Origin: Eledone cirrhosa
Lineage: Eukaryota
NCBI GenBank assembly: GCA_964016885.1
Contig: OZ024742.1
Location: forward strand, 328,104,001-328,168,000
DNA: 64,000 bases
Direction: 5' to 3'
The first letter of the stretch is position 1. The number at the start of each line of letters is the position of its first letter. Made by a program: the position numbers and the translations under genes. A model generated the notes under the pieces. That model had not been told where the DNA came from, made no database searches, and saw only the letters and a list, made by a program, of their open reading frames with translations. Below, one piece after another: positions 14,379 to 26,800 of this stretch.

Positions 14379-17300
14379 TGTAGTTGTTTTTGGTGATAGT
14401 GTTGGTATGGTGTTGTTGTTGTAGTAGTTGTTTTTGGTGATAGTGTTGGTATGGTGTTGTTGTGGTTGTTTTTGGTGATAGTATTGATATGGTGTTGTAG
14501 TTGTTGTTTTTGGTGATAGTGTTGGTATGGTGTTGTTGTAGTAGTTGTTTTTGGTGATAGTGTTGGTATGGTGTTGTTGTAGTAGTTGTTTTTGGTGATA
14601 GTGTTGGTATGGTGTTGTTGTGGTTGTTTGTGGTGATAGTATTGGTATGGTGTTGCAGTAGTTGTTTTTGGTGATAGTGTTGGTATGGTGTTGTTGTAGT
14701 TTTTTTTGGTGATAGTGTTGGTATGGTGTTGTTGTGGTTGTTGTTTTTGGTGATAGTGTTGGTATGGTGCTGTTGTGGTTGTTGTTTTTGGTGATAGTGT
14801 TGGTATGGTGTTGTTGTAGTAGTTGTTTTTGGTGATAGTGTTGGTATGGTGTTGTTGTAATAGTTTTTGGTGATAGTGTTGGTATGGTGTTGTTGTAGTT
14901 GTTCTTGGTGATAGTGTTGGTATGGTGTTGTTCTAGTTGTTTTTGGTGATAGTGTCGGTATGGTGTTGTTGTGGTTGTTGTTTTTGGTGATAGTGTTGGT
15001 ATGGTGTTGTTGTTGTTGTTGTTTTTGGTGATAGTGTTGGTATGGTGTTGTTGTAGTTGCTTTTGGTGATAGTGTTGGTATGGTGTTGTTGTGGATGTTG
15101 TTTTTGGTGATAGTGTTGGTATGGTGTTGTTGTGGTTGTTTTTGGTGATAGTATTGGTATGGTGTTGTAGTTGTTTTTGGTAATAGTGTTGGTATGGTGT
15201 TGTTGTAGTTGTTTTTGGTGATAGTGTTGGTATGGTGTTGTTGTGGTTGTTGTTTTTGGTGATAGTGTTGGTATGGTGTTGTTGTAGTTGATTTTGGTGA
15301 TAGTGTTGGTATGGTGTTGTTGTTGTAGTAGTTGTTTTTGGTGATAGTGTTGGTATGGTGTTGTTGTAGTAGTTTTTGGTGATAGTGTTGGTATGGTGTT
15401 GTTGTAATAGTTTTTGGTGATAGTGTTGGTATGGTGTTGTTGTAGTTGTTTTTGGTGATAGTGTTGTTATGGTGTTGTTGTAGATGTTTTTGGTGATAGT
15501 GTTGGTATGGTGTTGTTGTAGTTGTTTTTGGTGATAGTGTTGGTATGGTGTTGTTGTGGTTGTTGTTTTGGGTGATAGTGTTGGTATGGTGTTGTTGTTG
15601 TTGTTTTTGGTGATAGTGTTGGTATGGTGTTGTTGTGGTTGTTGTTTTTGGTGATAGTGTTGGTATAGTGTTGTTGTGGTTGTTTTTGGTGATAGTATTG
15701 TTATGGTGTTGTAGTTGTTTTTGGTGATAGTGTTGGTATGGTGTTTTTGTAGTTGTTTTTGGTGATAGTGTTGGTATGGTGTTGTTGTGGTTGTTGTTTT
15801 TGGTGATAGTGTTGGTATGGTGTTGTTGTAGTTGTTTTTGGTGATAGTGTTGGTATGGTGTTGTTGTTGTAGTAGTTGTTTTTGTTGATAGTGTTGGTAT
15901 GGTGTTGTTGTAGTAGTTTTTGGTGATAGTGTTGGTATGGTGTTGTTGCAGTAGTTGTTTTTGGTGATAGTGTTGGTATGGTGTTGTTGTAGTAGTTGTT
16001 TTTGGTGATAGTGTTGGTATGGTGTTGTTGTAGTAGTTTTTGGTGATAGTGTTGGTATGGTGTTGTTATAGTAGTTTTTGGTGATAGTGTTGGTATGGTG
16101 TTGTTGTAGTAGTTGTTTTTGGTGATAGTGTTGGTATGGTGTTGTTGTAGTAGTGATTTTTGGTGATAGTGTTGGTATGGTGTTGTTGTAGTAGTTTTTG
16201 GTGATATTGTTGGTATGGTGTTGTTGTAGTAGTTGTTTTTAGTGATAGTGTTGGTATGGTGTTGTTGTAGTAGTTGTTTTTGGTGATAGTATTGGTATGG
16301 TGTTGTTGTAGTAGTTGTTTTTGGTGATAGTGTTGGTATGGTGTTGTTGTAGTAGTTGTTTTTGGTGATAGTGTTGCTATGGTGTTGTTGTAGTAGTTGT
16401 TTTTGGTGTTAGTGTTGGTATGGTGTTGTTGTAGTAGTTGTTTTTGGTGTTAGTGTTGGTATGGTGTTGTAGTAGTTGTTTTTGGTGATAGTGTTGGTAT
16501 GGTGTTGTTGTAGTAGTTGTTTTTGGTGATAGTGTTGGTATGGTGTTGTTGTAGTTGTTTTTGGTGATAGTGTTGGTATGGTGTTGTTGTAGTTGTTTTT
16601 GGTGATAGTGTTGGTTTTGTGTTGTTGTAGCTGTTTTTGGTGATAGTGTTGGTATGGTGCTGTTGTAGTTGTTTTTGGTGATAGTGTTGGTATGGTGTTG
16701 TTGTGGTTGTTGTTTTTGGTGATAGTGTTGGTATGGTGTCGTTGTGGTTGTTTTTGGTGATAGTATTGGAATGGTGTTGTAGTTGTTTTTGGTGATAGTG
16801 TTGGTATGGTGTTTTTGTAGTTGTTTTTGGTGATAGTGTTGGTATGGTGTTGTTGTGGTTGTTGTTTTTGGTGATAGTGTTGGTATGGTGTTGTTATAGT
16901 TGTTTTTGGTGATAGTGTTGGTATGGTGTTGTTGTTGTAGTAGTTGTTTTTGGTGATAGTGTTGGTATGGTGTTGTTGTAGTAGTTTTTGGTGATAGTGT
17001 TGCTATGGTGTTGTTGTAGTAGTTGTTTTTGGTGATAGTGTTGGTATGGTGTTGTTGTAGTAGTTGTTTTTGGTGGTAGTGTTGGTATGGTGTTGTTGTA
17101 GTAGTTTTTGGTGATAGTGTTTCTATGGTGTTGTTATAGTAGTTTTTGGTGATAGTGTTGGTATGGTGTTGTTGTAGTAGTTGTTTTTGGTGATAGTGTT
17201 GGTATGGTGTTGTTGTAGTAGTTGTTTTTGGTGATAGTGTTGGTATGGTGTTGTTGTAGTAGTTTTTGGTGATATTGTTGGTATGGTGTTGTTGTAGTAG

Positions 17301-17800
17301 TTGTTTTTAGTGATAGTGTTGGTATGGTGTTTTTGTAGTAGTTGTTTTTGGTGATAGTATTGGTATGGTGTTGTTGTAGTAGTTGTTTTTGGTGATAGTG
17401 TTGGTATGGTGTTGTTGTAGTAGTTGTTTTTGGTGATAGTGTTGGTATGGTGTTGTTGTAGTAGTTGTTTTTGGTGATAGTGTTGGTATGGTGTTGTTGT
17501 AGTAGTTGTTTTTGATGTTAGTGTTGGTATGGTGTTGTAGTAGTTGTTTTTGGTGATAGTGTTGGTATGGTGTTGTTGTAGTTGTTTTTGGTGATAGTGT
17601 TGGTATGGTGTTGTTGTAGTTGTTTTTGGTGATAGTGTTGGTATGGTGTTGTTGTGGTTGTTGTTTTTGGTGATAGTGTTGGTATGGTGTTGTTGTAGTA
17701 GGTTTTGGTGATAGTGTTGGTATGGTGTTGTTGTGGTTGTTGTTTTTGGTGATAGTGTTGGTATGGTGTTGTTGTAGTAGGTTTTGGTGATAGTGTTGGT
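14379..17800. repeat. Higher-order block L, partial copy 3
   Basis: The marker order ATTGAT, GTTCTT, GTTCTAG, GTCGG, GGATG, GGTAATAG, GATTTT, GTGATTTTT, GGAATGG, TTCTATGG follows 1-~3200, with a few extra units near 16560-16680. Confidence 0.8.
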
Positions 17801-20800
17801 ATGGTGTTGTTCTAGTTGTTTTTGGTGATAGTGTCGGTATGGTGTTGTTGTGGTTGTTGTTTTTGGTGATAGTGTTGGTATGGTGTTGTTGTTGTTGTTG
17901 TTTTTGGTGATAGTGTTGGTATGGTGTTGTTGTAGTTGTTTTTGGTGATAGTGTTGGTATGGTGTTGTTGTGGATGTTGTTTTTGGTGATAGTGTTGGTA
18001 TGGTGTTGTTGTGGTTGTTTTTGGTGATAGTATTGGTATGGTGTTGTAGTTGTTTTTGGTAATAGTGTTGGTATGGTGTTGTTGTAGTTGTTTTTGGTGA
18101 TAGTGTTGGTATGGTGTTGTTGTAGATGTTTTTGGTGATAGTGTTGGTATGGTGTTGTTGTAGTTGTTTTTGGTGATAGTGTTGGTATGGTGTTGTTGTG
18201 GTTGTTGTTTTTGGTGATAGTGTTGGTATGGTGTTGTTGTTGTTGTTTTTGGTGATAGTGTTGGTATGGTGTTGTTGTGGTTGTTGTTTTTGGTGATAGT
18301 GTTGGTATGGTGTTGTTGTGGTTGTTTTTGGTGATAGTATTGGTATGGTGTTGTAGTTGTTTTTGGTGATAGTGTTGGTATGGTGTTTTTGTAGTTGTTT
18401 TTGGTGATAGTGTTGGTATTGTGTTGTTGTGGTTGTTGTTTTTGGTGATAGTGTTGGTATGGTGTTGTTGTAGTTGTTTTTGGTGATAGTGTTGGTATGG
18501 TGTTGTTGTTGTAGTAGTTGTTTTTGTTGATAGTGTTGGTATGGTGTTGTTGTAGTAGTTGTTGGTGATAGTGTTGGTATGGTGTTGTTGCAGTAGTTGT
18601 TTTTGGTGATAGTGTTGGTATGGTGTTGTTGTAGTAGTTGTTTTTGGTGATAGTGTTGGTATGGTGTTGTTGTAGTAGTTTTTGGTGATAGTGTTGGTAT
18701 GGTGTTGTTGTAGTAGTTGTTTTTGGTGATAGTGTTGGTATGGTGTTGTTGTAGTAGTGATTTTTGGTGATAGTGTTGGTATGGTGTTGTTGTAGTAGTT
18801 TTTGGTGATATTGTTGGTATGGTGTTGTTGTAGTAGTTGTTTTTAGTGATAGTGTTGGTATGGTGTTGTTGTAGTAGTTGTTTTTGGTGATAGTATTGGT
18901 ATGGTGTGGTTGTAGTAGTTGTTTTTGGTGATAGTGTTGGTATGGTGTTGTTGTAGTAGTTGTTTTTGGTGATAGTGTTGGTATGGTGTTGTTGTAGTAG
19001 TTGTTTTTGGTGTTAGTGTTGGTATGGTGTTGTTGTAGTAGTTGTTTTTGGTGTTAGTGTTGGTATGGTGTTGTAGTAGTTGTTTTTGGTGATAGTGTTG
19101 GTATGGTGTTGTTGTAGTAGTTGTTTTTGGTGATAGTGTTCGTATGGTGTTGTTGTAGTTGTTTTTGGTGATAGTGTTGGTATGGTGTTGTTGTAGTTGT
19201 TTTTGGTGATAGTGTTGGTTTTGTGTTGTTGTAGCTGTTTTTGGTGATAGTGTTGGTATGGTGTTGTTGTAGTTGTTTTTGGTGATAGTGTTGGTATGGT
19301 GTTGTTGTGGTTGTTGTTTTTGGTGATAGTGTTGGTATGGTGTTGTTGTGGTAGTTGTTTTTGGTGTTAGTGTTGGTATGGTGTTGTTGTAGTAGTTGTT
19401 TTTGATGTTAGTGTTGGTATGGTGTTGTAGTAGTTGTTTTTGGTGATAGTGTTGGTATGGTGTTATTGTAGTAGTTGTTTTTGGTGGTAGTGTTGGTATG
19501 GTGTTGTTGTAGTAGTTTTTTTTGGTGTTAGTGTTGGTATGGTGTTGTTGTAGTAGTTGTTTTTGATGTTAGTGTTGGTATGGTGTTGTAGTAGTAGTTG
19601 TTTTTGGTGATAGTGTTGGTATGGTGTTGTTGTAGTAGTTGTTTTTGGTGTTAGTGTTGGTATGGTGTTGTTGTAGTAGTTGTTTTTGATGTTAGTGTTG
19701 GTATGGTGTTGTAGTAGTTGTTTTTGGTGATAGTGTTGGTATGGTGTTGTAGTTGTTTTTGGTGATAGTGTTGGTATGGTGTTGTTGTAGTTGTTTTTGG
19801 TGATAGTGTTGGTATGGTGTTGTTGTGGTTGTTGTTTTTGGTGATAGTGTTGGTATGGTGTTGTTGTAGTAGGTTTTGGTGATAGTGTTGGTATGGTGTT
19901 GTTGTGGTTGTTGTTTTTGGTGATAGTGTTGGTATGGTGTTGTTGTAGTAGGTTTTGGTGATAGTGTTGGTATGGTGTTGTTGTGGTTGTTGTTTTTGGT
20001 GATAGTGTTGGTATGGTGTTGTAGTTGTTTTTGGTGATAGTGTTGGTACGGTGTTGTTGTAGTTGTTTTTGGTGATAGTGTTGGTATGGTGTTGTTGTGG
20101 TTGTTGTTTTTGGTGATAGTGTTGGTATGGTGTTGTTGTAGTAGGTTTTGGTGATAGTGTTGGTATGGTGTTGTTGTGGTTGTTGTTTTTGGTGATAGTG
20201 TTGGTATGGTGTTGTAGTTGTTTTTGGTGATAGTGTTGGTATGGTGTTGTTGTAATAGTTTTTGGTGATAGTGTTGGTATGGTGTTGTTGTAATAGTTTT
20301 TGGTGATAGTGTTGGTATGGTGTTGTTGTAGTAGTTGTTTTTGCTGATAGTGTTGGTATGGTGTTGTTGTAGTTGTTTTTGGTGATAGTGTTGGTTTTGT
20401 GTTGTTGTAGTAGTTGTTTTTGGTGATAGTGTTGGTATGGTGTTGTTGTAGTTGTTTTTAGTGATAGTGTTGGTTTTGTGTTGTTGTAGTTGTTTTTGGT
20501 GATAGTGTTGGTAAGGTGTTGTTGTGGTTGTTTTTGGTGATAGTGTTGGTATGGTGCTGTTGTAGTTGTTTTTGGTGTTAGTGTTGGTATGGTGTTGTTG
20601 TAGTTGTTTTTGGTGATAGTGTTGGTATGGTGTTGTTGAGGTTGTTTTTGGTGATAGTGTTGGTATGGTGTTGTTGCAGTAGTTGTTTTTGGTGATAGTG
20701 TTGGAATGGTGTTGTTGTAGTTGTTTTTGGTGATATTGTTGGTATGGTGTTGTTGTAGTTGTTTTTGGTGATAGTGTTGGTATGGTGTTGTTGTGGTTGT

Positions 20801-23800
20801 TTTTGGTGATAGCGTTGGTATGGTGTTGTTGTAGTAGTTGTTTTTGATGATAGTGTTGGTATGGTGTTGTTGTAGTTGTTTTGGGTGATAGTGTTGGTAT
20901 GGTGTTGATGTAGTAGTTGTTTTTGGTGATAGTGTTGGTATGGTGTTGTTGTGGTTGTTTTTGGTGATAGTGTTGGTATGGTGTTGTTGTAGTAGTTTTT
21001 TTGGTGATAGTGTTGGTATGGTGTTGTTGTGGTTGTTTTTGGTGATAGTGTTGATATGGTGTTGTTGTAGTTGCTTTTGGTGATAGTGTTGGTATGGTGC
21101 TGTTGTAGTTGTTTTTGGTGATAGTGTTGCTATGGTGTTGTTGTAGTAGTTGTTTTTGGTGATAGTGTTGGTATGGTGTTGTTGTAGTAGTTGTTTTTGG
21201 TGATAGTGTTGGTATGATGTTGTTGTAGTTGTTTTTGGTGATAGTGTTGGTATGGTGCTGTTGTAGTTGTTTTTGGTGATAGTGTTGGTATGGTGTTGTT
21301 GTGGTTGTTTTTGGTGATAGTATTGGTATGGTGTTGTTGTTGTTTTTGGTGATAGTGTTGGTATGGTGTTGTTGTTGTAGTAGTTGTTTTTGGTGATAGT
21401 GTTGGTATGGTTTTGTTGTAGTAGTTTTTGGTGATAGTGTTGGTATGGTGTTGTTGTAGTAGTTTTTGGTGATAGTGTTGGTATGGTGTTGTAGTAGTTG
21501 TTTTTGGTGATAGTGTTGGTATGGTGTTGTTGTAGTAGTTGTTTTTGGTGATAGTGTTGGTATGGTGTTGTTGCGGTTGTTTTTGGTGATAGTGTTGGTA
21601 TGGTGTTGTTGTAGTAGTTGTTTTTGGTGATAGTGTTGGTATGGTGTTGTTGTGGTTGTTGTTTTTGGTGATAGTGTTGGTATGGTGTTGTTGTAGTTGC
21701 TTTTGGTGATAGTGTTGGTATGGTGCTGTTGTAGTTGTTTTTGGTGATAGTGTTGGTATGGTGTTGTTGTAGTAGTTGTTTTTGGTGATAGTGTTGGTAT
21801 GGTGTTGTTGCAGTAGTTGTTTTTGGTGATAGTGTTGGTATGGTGTTGTTGTGGTTGTTTGTGGTGATAGTGTTGGTATGGTGTTGCAGTAGTTGTTTTT
21901 GGTGATAGTGTTGGTATGGTGTTGTTGTAGTTTTTTTTGGTGATAGTGTTGGTATGGTGTTGTTGTGGTTGTTGTTTTTTGTGATAGTGTTGGTATGGTG
22001 CTGTTGTGGTTGTTGTTTTTCGTGATAGTGTTGGTATGGTGTTGTTGTAGTAGATGTTTTTGGTGATAGTGTTGGTATGGTGTTGTTGTAGTTGTTTTTG
22101 GTGATAGTGTTGGTATGGTGTTGTTGTAGTTGTTTTTGGTGATAGTGTTGGTATGGTGTTGTTGTAGTAGTTGTTTTTGGTGATAGTGTTGGTATGGTGT
22201 TGTTGTAGTAGTTGTTTTTGGTGATAGTGTTTGTATGGTGTTGTTGTGGTTGTTTGTGGTGATAGTGTTGGTATGGTGTTGCAGTAGTTGTTTTTTGGTG
22301 AGTGTGTTGGTATGGTGTTGTTGTAGTTTTCTTTGGTGATAATGTTGTTATGGTGATGTTGTGGTTGTTGTTTTTGGTGATAGTGTTGGTATGGTGCTGT
22401 TGTGGTTGTTGTTTTTGGTGATAGTGTTGGTATGGTGTTGTTGTAGTAGTTGTTTTTGGTGATAGTGTTGGTATGGTGTTGTTGTAGTTGTTTTTGGTGA
22501 TAGTGTTGGTATGGTGTTGTTGTAGTTGTTTTTGGTGATAGTGTTGGTTTTGTGTTGTTGTAGTTGTTTTTGGTGATAGTGTTGGTATGGTGTTGTTGTG
22601 GTTGTTTTTGGTGATAGTGTTGGTATGGTGTTGTTGTTGTTTTTGGTGATAGTGTTGGTATGGTGTTGTTGTAGTTGTTTTTGGTGATAGTGTTGGTAGG
22701 GTGGTGTTGTAGTTGTTTTTGGTGATAGTGTTGGTATGGTGTTGTTGTGGTTGTTGTTTTTGGTGATAGTGTTGGTATGGTGTTGTGGTTGTTTTTGGTG
22801 ATAGTATTGGTATGGTGTTGTAGTTGTTTTTGGTGATAGTGTTGGTATGGTGTTGTTGTAGTTGTTTTTGGTGATAGTGTTGGTATGGTGTTGTTGTGGT
22901 TGTTGTTTTTGGTGATTGTGTTGGTATGGTGTTGTTGTAGTTGTTTTTGGTGATAGTGTTGGTATGGTGTTGTTGTAGTTGTTTTTGGTGATAGTGTTGG
23001 TATGGTGTTGTTGTTGTAGTAGTTGTTTTTGGTGATAGTGTTGGTATGGTTTTGTTGTAGTAGTTTTTGGTGATAGTGTTGGTATGGTGTTGTTGTAGTA
23101 GTTGTTTTTGGTGATAGTGTTGGTATGGTGGTGTTGTAGTAGTTGTTTTTTGTGATAGTGTTGGTATGGTGTTGTAGTAGTTTTTGGTGATATTGTTGGT
23201 ATGGTGTTGTTGTAGTAGTTGTTTTTAGTGATAGTGTTGGTATGGTGTTGTTGTAGTAGTTGTTTTTGGTGATAGTATTGGTATGGTGTTGTTGTAGTAG
23301 TTGTTTTTGGTGATAGTGTTGGTATGGTGTTGTTGTAGTAGTTTTTGGTGATAGTGTTGGTATGGTGTTGTTGTAGTAGTTTTTGGTGATAGTGTTGGTA
23401 TGGTGTTGTTGTAGTAGTTGTTTTTGGTGATAGTGTTGGTATGGTGGTGTTGTAGTAGTTGTTTTTTGTGATAGTGTTGGTATGGTGTTGTAGTAGTTTT
23501 TGGTGATATTGTTGGTATGGTGTTGTTGTAGTAGTTGTTTTTAGTGATAGTGTTGGTATGGTGTTGTTGTAGTAGTTGTTTTTGGTGATAGTATTGGTAT
23601 GGTGTTGTTGTAGTAGTTGTTTTTGGTGATTGTGTTGGTATGGTGTTGTTGTAGTAGTTGTTTTTGGTGATAGTGTTGGTATGGTGTTGTTGTAGTAGTT
23701 GTTTTTGGTGTTAGTGTTGGTATGGTGTTGTTGTAGTAGTTGTTTTTGGTGTCAGTGTTGGTATGGTGTTGTAGTAGTTGTTTTTGGTGATAGTGTTGGT

Positions 23801-26800
23801 ATGCTGCTGTTGTAGTTGTTTTTGGTGATAGTGTTGCTATGGTGTTGTTGTAGTAGTTGTTTTTGGTGATAGTGTTGGTATGGTGTTGTTGCGGTTGTTT
23901 TTGGTGATAGTGTTGGTATGGTGTTGCTGTAGTAGTTGTTTTTGGTGATAGTGTTGGTATGGTGCTGTTGTGGTTGTTGTTTTTGGTGATAGTGTTGGTA
24001 TGGTGTTGTTGTAGTTGCTTTTGGTGATAGTGTTGGTATGGTGCTGTTGTAGTTGTTTTTGGGGATAGTGTTGGTATGGTGTTGTTGTAGTAGTTGTTTT
24101 TGGTGATAGTGTTGGTATGGTGTTGTTGCAGTAGTTGTTTTTGGTGATAGCGTTGGTATGGTGTTGTTGTGGTTGTTTGTGGTGATAGTGTTGGTATGGT
24201 GTTGCAGTAGTTGTTTTTGGTGATAGTGTTGGTATGGTGTTGTTGTAGTTTTTTTTGGTGATTGTGTTGGTATGGTGTTGTTGTGGTTGTTGTTTTTGGT
24301 GATAGTGTTGGTATGGTGCTGTTGTGGTTGTTGTTTTTCGTGATAGTGTTGGTATGGTGTTGTTGTAGTAGATGTTTTTGGTGATAGTGTTGGTATGGTG
24401 TTGTTGCAGTTGTTTTTGGTGATAGTGTTGGTATGGTGTTGTTGTAGTTGTTTTTGGTGATAGTGTTGGTATGGTGTTGTTGTAGTAGTTGTTTTTGGTG
24501 ATAGTGTTGGTATGGTGTTGTTGTAGTAGTTGTTTTTGGTGATAGTGTTTGTATGGTGTTGTTGTGGTTGTTTGTGGTGATAGTGTTGGTATGGTGTTGC
24601 AGTAGTTGTTTTTGGTGAGAGTGTTGGTATGGTGTTGTTGTAGTTTTCTTTGGTGATAATGTTGGTATGGTGTTGTTGTGGTTGTTGTTTCTGGTGATAG
24701 TGTTGGTATGGTGCTGTTATGGTTGTTGTTTTTGGTGATAGTGTTGGTATGGTGTTGTTGTAGTAGTTGTTTTTGGTGATAGTGTTGGTATGGTGTTGTT
24801 GTAGTTGTTTTTGGTGATAGTGTTGGTATGGTGTTGTTGTAGTTGTTTTTGGTGATAGTGTTGGTTTTGTGTTGTTGTAGTTGTTTTTGGTGATAGTGTT
24901 GGTATGGTGTTGTTGTAGTTTTTTTTTGGTGATAGTGTTGGTATGGTGTTGTTGTGGTTGTTGTTTTTGGTGATAGTGTTGGTATGGTGTTGTTGTGGTT
25001 GTTTTTGGTGATAGTATTGGTATGGTGTTGTTGTGGTTGTTGTTTTTGGTGATAGTGTTGGTATGGTGTTGTTGTGGTTGTTTTTGGTGATAGTATTGGT
25101 ATGGTGTTGTAGTTGTTTTTGGTGATAGTGTTGGTATACTGTTGTTGTAGTTGTTTTTGGTGATAGTGTTGGTATGGTGTTGTTGTGGTTGTTGTTTTTG
25201 GTGATTGTGTTCGTATGGTGTTGTTGTAGTTGTTTTTGGTGATAGTGTTGGTATGGTGTTGTTGTAGTTGTTTTTGGTGATAGTGTTGGTATGGTGTTGT
25301 TGTTGTAGTAGTTGTTTTTGGTGATAGTGTTGGTATGGTTTTGTTGTAGTAGTTTTTGGTGATAGTGTTGGTATGGTGTTGTTGTAGTAGTTTTTGGTGA
25401 TAATGTTGGTATGGTGTTGTAGTAGTTGTTTTTGGTGATAGTGTTGGTATGGTGTTGTTGTAGTAGTTGTTTTTGGTGATAGTGTTGGTATGGTGTTGTT
25501 GTAGTAGTTTTTGGTGATAGTGTTGGTATGGTGTTGTTGTAGTTGTTTTTGGTGATAGTGTTGCTATGGTGTTGTTGTTGTAGTTGTTTTTGGTGATAGT
25601 GTTGGTATGGTGTTGTTGAGGTTGTTTTTGGTGATAGTGTTGGTATGGTGTTGTTGCAGTAGTTGTTTTTGGTGATAGTGTTGGAATGGTGTTGTTGTAG
25701 TTGTTTTTGGTGATATTGTTGGTATGGTGTTGTTGTAGTTGTTTTTGGTGATAGTGTTGGTATGGTGTTGTTGTGGTTGTTTTTGGTGATAGCGTTGGTA
25801 TGGTGTTGTTGTAGTAGTTGTTTTTGATGATAGTGTTGGTATGGTGTTGTTGTAGTTGTTTTGGGTGATAGTGTTGGTATGGTGTTGATGTAGTAGTTGT
25901 TTTTGGTGATAGTGTTGGTATGGTGTTGTTGTGGTTGTTTTTGGTGATAGTGTTGGTATGGTGTTGTTGTAGTAGTTTTTTTGGTGATAGTGTTGGTATG
26001 GTGTTGTTGTGGTTGTTTTTGGTGATAGTGTTGATATGGTGTTGTTGTAGTTGCTTTTGGTGATAGTGTTGGTATGGTGCTGTTGTAGTTGTTTTTGGTG
26101 ATAGTGTTGCTATGGTGTTGTTGTAGTAGTTGTTTTTGGTGATAGTGTTGGTATGGTGTTGTTGTAGTAGTTGTTTTTGGTGATAGTGTTGGTATGATGT
26201 TGTTGTAGTTGTTTTTGGTGATAGTGTTGGTATGGTGCTGTTGTAGTTGTTTTTGGTGATAGTGTTGGTATGGTGTTGTTGTGGTTGTTTTTGGTGATAG
26301 TATTGGTATGGTGTTGTTGTTGTTTTTGGTGATAGTGTTGGTATGGTGTTGTTGTTGTAGTAGTTGTTTTTGGTGATAGTGTTGGTATGGTTTTGTTGTA
26401 GTAGTTTTTGGTGATAGTGTTGGTATGGTGTTGTTGTAGTAGTTTTTGGTGATAGTGTTGGTATGGTGTTGTAGTAGTTGTTTTTGGTGATAGTGTTGGT
26501 ATGGTGTTGTTGTAGTAGTTGTTTTTGGTGATAGTGTTGGTATGGTGTTGTTGCGGTTGTTTTTGGTGATAGTGTTGGTATGGTGTTGTTGTAGTAGTTG
26601 TTTTTGGTGATAGTGTTGGTATGGTGTTGTTGTGGTTGTTGTTTTTGGTGATAGTGTTGGTATGGTGTTGTTGTAGTTGCTTTTGGTGATAGTGTTGGTA
26701 TGGTGCTGTTGTAGTTGTTTTTGGTGATAGTGTTGGTATGGTGTTGTTGTAGTAGTTGTTTTTGGTGATAGTGTTGGTATGGTGTTGTTGCAGTAGTTGT

